From Candidatus Velthaea sp. (GTDB lineage Bacteria; Vulcanimicrobiota; Vulcanimicrobiia; Vulcanimicrobiales; Vulcanimicrobiaceae): a stretch of DNA of 23,732 bases. Positions 16,424 through 23,732 of the stretch are shown in pieces. The notes below the pieces were generated by a model. The model was given only the letters and a program-made list of their open reading frames with translations, was not told the origin of the DNA and did not search any database. Location of the stretch: contig JBEKHC010000083.1 of NCBI GenBank assembly GCA_050012475.1, forward strand, positions 1 through 23,732, written 5' to 3'. Position numbers and translations under genes: made by a program. Numbering within the stretch: the first letter of the stretch is position 1; the number at the start of each line of letters is the position of its first letter.

Positions 16424-17083
16424 CTACTTCGGCTTGGACGTCGCCTTCGCCGCCGGGGTCGGTAAGGTCGAGCTGGCGCCGGGTTCGGGCTCGGCGGACG
16501 GCAGCACCGCCGGCTGCGTCAACACGACCGGATTGCCGCTGGTACTGACATCCTTGGTCAGCGTATTGTAGTGCACCGTCTGAGCGCTGAGCATCTGATC
16601 GCCGTCGGCAAGCTGGACGTTGCCGCTCAGATCGAGCGCATGGTCGCCCTGGTCGAGCCGGCCGGTCTGGGCGGTGGCCCGCCGGGTGCCCTGCACGTAC
16701 ACGACGTTGCCCGAGGCCACGTAGATCTTGCGCTTCGAATCGACTTGCAATTCGTCGCACTGCAGGGTCGCCGGGCCGCCCTCGGGCGCCGCGCCGGGCT
16801 TCGGCGCGCCCGCGCTCTGACCGTTGTCGTGCATCACGACGTGACCGGTAATCGTCACCGTCCCGGCTTTGTAGTTGCCTTTCGCGCTGTCGCCGACCAC
16901 GTCGGTGCCGGCCCGAAAAAACCTCACCCGATGCGGCATAGTGAAGCTGCCATCGTTGAGGTTCGAGTTCGTTTGGTCGGTTTCGATGCGGAAATCGCGC
17001 GTCACCACGCCGCCCGGCGCAGCGGCGATGGTTGCGATGAGCAGCCCGGCGAGCCCGGCGTTACGGATCGAAACCTGCACCAT
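16424..17083 (-). CDS. LptA/OstA-family beta-jellyroll periplasmic protein
   Basis: Signal peptide, then repeated beta motifs (ITGHVVMH, ASGNVVYVQG, LSGNVQL). SD GGAGG; start is ATG 17083 or GTG 17080. Confidence 0.75.
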   Translation of the reverse strand: MVQVSIRNAGLAGLLIATIAAAPGGVVTRDFRIETDQTNSNLNDGSFTMPHRVRFFRAGTDVVGDSAKGNYKAGTVTITGHVVMHDNGQSAGAPKPGAAPEGGPATLQCDELQVDSKRKIYVASGNVVYVQGTRRATAQTGRLDQGDHALDLSGNVQLADGDQMLSAQTVHYNTLTKDVSTSGNPVVLTQPAVLPSAEPEPGASSTLPTPAAKATSKPK

Positions 17084-17127
17084 TCCTCCGTGAATAACTC
17101 GCCCGGCGGGCGAAAGTTCCGCGCCGC

Positions 17128-18156
<1,029 letters not shown>

Positions 18157-18325
18157 TCAAGGCGCCCCGATGAAGCGGACGAACGATGTCGAGTTTTGCC
18201 TTCGGGACGCACGAGCGAAATCCCCGATGGCGACGACGCGGTTTGCTTTCGTCGCTGCGCGGCTGATTTGCTGAAGCAAACTTCGCCGCTATGCTCCGCG
18301 CCAGGAAAAAATCAGAGCATCCTTT

Positions 18326-19675
18326 TTAGGATACGCGGGGAAAGGCACTCGTCTCGAACGTTCCGGTCGGTTCCATGAAGGGCACGATCCCGCTCGAGCG
18401 TTGGACTTGCGCACCCAGCGACGACAGCATCTCTTCGAGCCGCTCGTAGCCGCGATCGATGTACTCGAGGCCAATGATCTCCGTCTCACCGTTGGCGGCC
18501 AAGCCTGCGACGACGAGCGCGGCGCCGGCGCGAATGTCGGGCGCCTCAACCGGCGCGCCCGAAAGCGGCGACCCGCCTTTGATGAGCGCGGTGTTGTTGT
18601 CCATCGCGACCCGCACGTCGGCGCCCATGCGCCGCAGTTCGTTGATGTACTGAAAGCGCGCGTTGAAGATCGACTCCTCGACGACGCTGGTCCCGGGCGT
18701 CGTGCACAAGAACGTCAGCATGGGCGGCTGCAGGTCGGTCGGGAAGCCCGGATGCGGCGCGGTTACGATGTCGGTTCCGCCTTTGATCGACGACGCCTCG
18801 GCGCGCAGCCAATCGTCGCCGCTGGACATCTTCACGCCGCACTCGCCGAGTTTGAGCTGCAGCGCGGTGAGATCTTGCGGGCGACAGCGCGTTACGGTGA
18901 CGTCTCCGCGCGTGACGGCTCCGGCCAAAATCAATGTTCCGGCGACAATGCGGTCGGCGATGATCGTATATTCGACGCCGTGCAGCGATGCAACGCCGTC
19001 GACGCGCATCGTGTCCCCGCCGATGCCCTCGATGCGCGCACCCATCGCGACGAGAAAATTCGCCAAGTCGACGACTTCGGGTTCCATCGCCGCGTTGCGG
19101 ATCGTCGTCGTTCCGCTGGCCAGAACCGATGACAGCATCGCGTTCTTGGTCGCGCCGACCGACGGCGTGCGAAACTCGATCTGCGCGCCGTGCAGCCCCT
19201 TGCCGGAAGCTTGCGCGATGAGATAGCCGTGCTCGTTCGTCACGGTGGCACCGAGGGCGCGCATCGCCTGCTCGTGCATATCGGTGGCCCGGGTGCCTAA
19301 AATGCACCCTCCCGGCAGCGAAACCTCGGCCCGGCCGAAGCGGCTCAGCAGCGGACCGACGACGTCGAAGGAAGCGGCCAGTTTGCGCACCAGCGTCCAC
19401 GGCGCTCGATAGGTGGCCACGTTGCTGGCATCGATCGTGATCGTATTGGGTCCGTCGAGCGACAGCCGCGCCCCGAGCGCTTCGAGCAGCGACCACATGA
19501 CCGACACGTCGGTAATGCGCGGCACCCGGTGCAACGTTACCTTGCCCTTGGCCATGATCGCGGCGGCCATGATCGGCAACGCCGCGTTCTTCGCGCCATG
19601 CGTGTCGACCGAACCCTCTAAGCGCAGACCACCCTGAACGCGCAACGTGGTATCGAGCCGGTCTAAGATATTCAT
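18326..19675 (-). CDS. murA: UDP-N-acetylglucosamine 1-carboxyvinyltransferase
   Basis: GAKNAALP, LPGGC (active-site Cys), SVGATKN, AAMEPEVVDLA, PGFPTDLQ, DIRAGAAL, IDRGYE. Confidence 0.96.
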   Translation of the reverse strand: MNILDRLDTTLRVQGGLRLEGSVDTHGAKNAALPIMAAAIMAKGKVTLHRVPRITDVSVMWSLLEALGARLSLDGPNTITIDASNVATYRAPWTLVRKLAASFDVVGPLLSRFGRAEVSLPGGCILGTRATDMHEQAMRALGATVTNEHGYLIAQASGKGLHGAQIEFRTPSVGATKNAMLSSVLASGTTTIRNAAMEPEVVDLANFLVAMGARIEGIGGDTMRVDGVASLHGVEYTIIADRIVAGTLILAGAVTRGDVTVTRCRPQDLTALQLKLGECGVKMSSGDDWLRAEASSIKGGTDIVTAPHPGFPTDLQPPMLTFLCTTPGTSVVEESIFNARFQYINELRRMGADVRVAMDNNTALIKGGSPLSGAPVEAPDIRAGAALVVAGLAANGETEIIGLEYIDRGYERLEEMLSSLGAQVQRSSGIVPFMEPTGTFETSAFPRVS

Positions 19676-19885
19676 GCGTCGCGCCGTTCAACGCCCCGCG
19701 GCGTGCTGGAGGTTGCGACGCCCGCCGCCAACGGACAACCGAGCGGCTCGCGGCAACGTTCGGTCCCAGGGCGATATCCAACCATCGTTAACGGACGAAT
19801 TCTCCGCGCGGCGGGCCGATCTTTGCACGGCATTTGATAACGGACGGTAAAGTGATCGGGCGGCATTCGACCTGCGGGAGGGATC

Positions 19886-21187
19886 ATGGCTCGAAGCATC
19901 ATCGCGCCGGCGGAGCGCGTCACCAATCTGCGCTGGGGCATCGCCCTGGTGCTCGGCTTCGGCGTGCTCGTCAACTACATCGATCGCGGCGCGCTCAGCG
20001 TGGCCGCGGATCCATTGAAAACCGACCTGGGCGTCGGGCCCATCGAGTTCGGCTTGCTCAGCAGCGCGTTTTTCTGGATCTATGCGTTGGCCCAGGTTCC
20101 AATCGGCGTGCTCCTCGACCGCTTCGGCGTGATGCTGCTGTCGCGGATCAGCGCGCTGTTGTGGACCCTCGCCTCGGTTCTCACCGCCGTGGCGCCGAGC
20201 TTCGGCTTGCTGTTCGCGGCGCGCGCCTTTTTGGGGATCGCTGAGGCGCCGACGTTTCCGGCCAACGCCAAGGCGGTCGGCTATTGGTTTCCGCGCGGTG
20301 AGCGCAGTTTTGCGACCTCGCTCTTCGATTCCGCCGCGAAACTCTCGAACGGCATCGGGGTGCTCTTCACGGGCTGGCTGCTGGTGATGTTCGGCTGGCG
20401 CGGCATGTTCTGGACGACCGCCGCCCTGAGCCTCGTGTTCTTCGGCCTCTTCTACATCTTTTATCGCAACCCGAGCGCCGACAAGCGCCTCACCCACGCG
20501 GAGGCGCAGTACATCAAGGACGGCGGCGGTGAGCCCGAAACGCCGGCCGGCGAAGTGCCGCGCGGCCCGGGTTTCGGTTATCTGCTGCGCCAACCCAAGG
20601 TTTGGGGCTTGACCCTGGGTTTCAGCGCCTACGACTATCTCTTCGCGCTGCTCTTGACGTGGCTGCCGACGTACCTCAAATCGACGTTTTCGATCAACAT
20701 CGTGAGCGCAGGAGGATATGCGTTGCTCATCTGGGGGGTCGCGACGATCAGCGACCTCGTCGTGGGCGGCTGGCTGGTGGATTATCTGATCCAGCGTGGT
20801 GCCGATGCGAATCGGGTGCGCAAGACCTTACTCATCGCCGGTCTGGTGATCGGCTTCGCCGTCATCGGCGCAGCATACACCAAAGATCTCCATGTCGCGG
20901 TTTTTTGGATGACCATCGCCGCCGCCGGAATCGCGTTTCACGCGCCGGTGGCGTGGTCGATCCCTGGATTGATCGCGCCGCGCAACAGCACCGGACAGAT
21001 CGGCGGTATCATGAATTTGTTCGGCAATCTTTCGAGCGCCGCAGCGCCCGCCGCAACCGGCTTCATCGTCGCGCAAACGCATTCGTTTTCGACCGCGATC
21101 GTGACCGCCGCCGTGATCTTGCTCGTCGGCGTCGCCGCCTACGTCTTCGTGCTCGGCCGGATCGAAAAAATTGCCGAACCGGCCTGA
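19886..21187 (+). CDS. MFS transporter, ACS (anion:cation symporter)-like sugar-acid permease
   Basis: NYIDRGALSVA, SAFFWIYALAQVP.G.LLDRFG, AEAPTFPA, WFP..ER; about 12 TM segments; SD GGAGG. Confidence 0.92.
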   Translation: MARSIIAPAERVTNLRWGIALVLGFGVLVNYIDRGALSVAADPLKTDLGVGPIEFGLLSSAFFWIYALAQVPIGVLLDRFGVMLLSRISALLWTLASVLTAVAPSFGLLFAARAFLGIAEAPTFPANAKAVGYWFPRGERSFATSLFDSAAKLSNGIGVLFTGWLLVMFGWRGMFWTTAALSLVFFGLFYIFYRNPSADKRLTHAEAQYIKDGGGEPETPAGEVPRGPGFGYLLRQPKVWGLTLGFSAYDYLFALLLTWLPTYLKSTFSINIVSAGGYALLIWGVATISDLVVGGWLVDYLIQRGADANRVRKTLLIAGLVIGFAVIGAAYTKDLHVAVFWMTIAAAGIAFHAPVAWSIPGLIAPRNSTGQIGGIMNLFGNLSSAAAPAATGFIVAQTHSFSTAIVTAAVILLVGVAAYVFVLGRIEKIAEPA

Positions 21188-22691
21188 GTCCGCCGCCGAC
21201 GCGGCGGAGCCGATCTTCGTCGGCATCGATCTCGGCACGAGTGCCGTCAAGGTGCTTGCGGTGACGACCGGCGGCCGCGAGATCGCTTCGGCCTCGACCT
21301 TCTACGGGCTGTTGGCACCGCAGCCCGAATTCGTCGAGCAGGACGCCGACGCCATCTATCGGGCGACGATGCAGGTCTTCGAGCGCGTCCTCGCCGACGT
21401 GCGGCTGCGCGGCAGCCAAATTGCGGCCGTCGGCTTCTCGAGCGCGATGCACGGCATCCTCGCCGTCGACGCAAACGGCGAGCCGCTTTCGAACGTCATC
21501 ACCTGGCTCGACCGGCGCAGCGCCGCGATCGCCGACGGCTGGCGCAGCGACGGCACGGCGCTCGACCTTTACCACCGCACCGGCGTCCCGACCCATCCGA
21601 TGCTGCCGCTGGCCAAGCTGCGCTGGCTGCGCGACAACGACCCGGCGCTGTTCGAGCGCGCGCATCGTTTCGTCGGACTCAAAGAACTGTTCATTTTTCG
21701 CTGGACGGGCGAATGGCTCGTCGATTGGGGTCTGGCCGCGGCGACGGGTTTGTTCTCGATCCATGCCCCGCGCTGGGACGAACGCGCGCTCGAACTCGCC
21801 GGCGTCACACCCGAGCGGCTGTCCCGTCCCGCACCGCCGTCGACGGCGCTGAAAACCTTCCGCGCTTCGCTGGCGCGCGAACTGCATCTGGCCGCGGACA
21901 CCGCGGTGGTGTTGGCGTCCAGCGACGGCGCGCTGGCCAACATCGGGATCGGCGCCGCGCTCGCCGGCGATCTGGCGCTGACGCTGGGGACGAGCGGAGC
22001 GATCCGCGCGCTCGTCGATGCGCCGGCGCTCGACGATGGCGGGCGGACGTTCTGCTACTACGCCGACGACACGCATTATATCGTCGGCGGTTCGACCAGC
22101 AGCGCGGGAGCGTCGCTCGATTGGATCTTCGCGCTGTTGTTGGCCGAAGTCCCCAAGGAACAGCGCTTCGCGCGCGCGGTCGAATTGGCCGCAGCAGTCG
22201 CCCCGGGCGCCGACGGACTCGTCGTGCTGCCGTTTCTCTCGGGCGAACGCGCGCCGTACTGGCGCAGCTCGCTGCGCGGCGCGTTCGATGGCCTCGACCT
22301 TTCGCACGACCGTTCGACGATCGTGCGCGCGGCATTCGAGAGCGTGGTCTTCGGCATGCACGCCGTCTACGACGTGCTCCGGGCAACCGCGGGCGACGCG
22401 CGGCGGCTGCTGCTCTCGGGCGGACTGACCAAAGCGCCGCTCGTCCGCGGCCTGCTCGCCGACGTGTTCGGCTTGCCCGCCGTTCAGCCGCATCAGCAAG
22501 AAGCGTCGGCCTTCGGCGCCGCGCTCATCGCCGCGCAAGCCATCGGCGCAATCGCCGACGCTACCAAGAGCGCGCAAGCCGTCGGTTACGACGAACCGAC
22601 GGAGCCGCAAGCCGAGCTTGGCCCCCCGTACGCCGCGGCATGCGCGCGGTACACTCGCTTCGTGCGGGCGCACCTCGACTTGTACGCGTGA
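21171..22691 (+). CDS. gntK: FGGY-family gluconokinase
   Basis: GIDLGTSAVK, SAMHGILAVD, ITWLDRR, YHRTGVPTHPMLPLAK (Bacillus GntK-like), GTSGAIR, PFLSGERAP. Confidence 0.8.
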   Translation: MPNRPESAADAAEPIFVGIDLGTSAVKVLAVTTGGREIASASTFYGLLAPQPEFVEQDADAIYRATMQVFERVLADVRLRGSQIAAVGFSSAMHGILAVDANGEPLSNVITWLDRRSAAIADGWRSDGTALDLYHRTGVPTHPMLPLAKLRWLRDNDPALFERAHRFVGLKELFIFRWTGEWLVDWGLAAATGLFSIHAPRWDERALELAGVTPERLSRPAPPSTALKTFRASLARELHLAADTAVVLASSDGALANIGIGAALAGDLALTLGTSGAIRALVDAPALDDGGRTFCYYADDTHYIVGGSTSSAGASLDWIFALLLAEVPKEQRFARAVELAAAVAPGADGLVVLPFLSGERAPYWRSSLRGAFDGLDLSHDRSTIVRAAFESVVFGMHAVYDVLRATAGDARRLLLSGGLTKAPLVRGLLADVFGLPAVQPHQQEASAFGAALIAAQAIGAIADATKSAQAVGYDEPTEPQAELGPPYAAACARYTRFVRAHLDLYA

Positions 22692-23587
22692 AGCGAGGCG
22701 ATCCGCTCGCGTACGCAGCGATCCTCGTTCTGGCGTCGATCTGGGGTTACAATTGGGTCGTCATCAAAGTCGCGACGCACGACGCCGACGCGTTCTCGGT
22801 CTCCGCGATCCGCACCGCCGTCGGCGCAGCCTGCCTGTTCGGCGCGCTGATCGCAACGCGCCGCTCGCTGCGGCCGCCGCCGTTCTGGCCAACGCTGACG
22901 TTGGGCCTGATGCAAACGACGATCTACACCGTGCTCCAAGTGTTGGCGATCGCGACCGGCGGCGCGGGGAAAACGGCGATTCTGTTCTACACCATGCCGT
23001 TCTGGATCGTGATCATCGCTTGGCCCGTGCTGCACGAGCGCATCTCGCGCAGCGGCGCGATCGCGTTGGTGCTGGCGGCGGCCGGTCTGGCGCTCGTCGC
23101 GACGCCGCTCGATTTGACGCATGGATTGATCAGCAAAGCGTTGGCCGTCGTGGGTGCGGTTATTTGGGCCGCGAGTTCGGTGTATGCGAAGCTCGTCAAC
23201 TCCAAAGACGGTACGGATCTGCTCGCCTTGACGATGTGGCAAATGTTCCTTGGATCGCTGCCGCTCATCGCTGTCGCCACGCTCAATCCCAATCGTCACG
23301 TTGCGTTCACGCCGGCCTTTCTGTTGGCCATCGGCTACATCGCGCTGCTTGGAACCGGGCTCGCGTGGCTGCTTTGGATGTTTCTCTTGGCGCGCTTGCC
23401 CGCGGGCATCGTGGGCGTCGCGTCACTGCTCACCCCGGTCGTCGGCGTCTGTGCGGCCTGGCTGCAATTGGGCGAGCGACCGGGCAGCCTCGAACTCTGC
23501 GGCATGGTTTGCATCGTCGCGGCTCTGTTTCTCAACCTCACCCCGTCACGGACAGCTGCTCTGCGAACGACCCCCCTGCCTGATTAG
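22688..23587 (+). CDS. DMT/EamA family transporter
   Basis: GTG start overlaps the gntK stop; IWGYNWVVIK, GKTAILFYTMPFW, LGERP; about 10 TM segments. Confidence 0.9.
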   Translation: MKRGDPLAYAAILVLASIWGYNWVVIKVATHDADAFSVSAIRTAVGAACLFGALIATRRSLRPPPFWPTLTLGLMQTTIYTVLQVLAIATGGAGKTAILFYTMPFWIVIIAWPVLHERISRSGAIALVLAAAGLALVATPLDLTHGLISKALAVVGAVIWAASSVYAKLVNSKDGTDLLALTMWQMFLGSLPLIAVATLNPNRHVAFTPAFLLAIGYIALLGTGLAWLLWMFLLARLPAGIVGVASLLTPVVGVCAAWLQLGERPGSLELCGMVCIVAALFLNLTPSRTAALRTTPLPD

Positions 23588-23732
23588 CAGCAAGACGGCA
23601 AGCTCGCCGTCGCGCTCGGCGATGCGTGGAACAAGGGTCTCCGTATCTAGGCCGGTCGGGCGACGGTCAAACGCTACAATCTGCGCGACCTGATCGTCGC
23701 CGGATCGCAAAGCCGAGCTCTATCGTGCGCGA
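23588..23732 (+). pseudogene. Remnant of the C-terminal part of a glutathione-independent formaldehyde dehydrogenase / Zn-ADH gene
   Basis: QDGKLAVALGDAWNKGLRI*AGRATVKRYNLRDLIVAG, then a frameshift to AKPSSIV. Resembles the ..W.KG.RI.TGQ..VK.YNR.LRDLI.AG.AKPSFIVSH segment; in-frame TAG at 23648. Confidence 0.55.

Noticed and set aside
21713..22687. Long N-terminal extension of EamA (624-aa ORF)
   Set aside because: Off-frame overlap with gntK and low-complexity Arg-rich; the real start is the GTGA overlap at 22688.

Overview
High-GC bacterial chromosomal window; the gene content and lineage-type hypothetical proteins tentatively suggest Ca. Eremiobacterota/Vulcanimicrobiota. The left core block holds a DUF2723 membrane protein (partial), serA with a probable metal-independent phosphoserine phosphatase, a cupin, a hypothetical protein and alaS. 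An accessory interval (~7560-11400) holds a decayed GGDEF gene, two hypothetical proteins, a ~450-bp unexplained stretch, and a Phd/YefM antitoxin and RelE-like toxin that are transcribed divergently from back-to-back promoters with YefM-type operator palindromes. This divergent pair is the most unusual feature. The right core block holds murA-mreB/mbl (apparent ATC start)-lptA-like-rarA-iscS, then a ytxG-ytxH-rsbV-rsbW-sigB-like stress operon with a SigB-type promoter and an RsbW lacking G-box glycines. Divergent from murA is an MFS-gluconokinase-EamA operon, followed by a remnant of a formaldehyde/Zn-alcohol dehydrogenase gene. All calls come from reading the sequence by eye; no searches were run.
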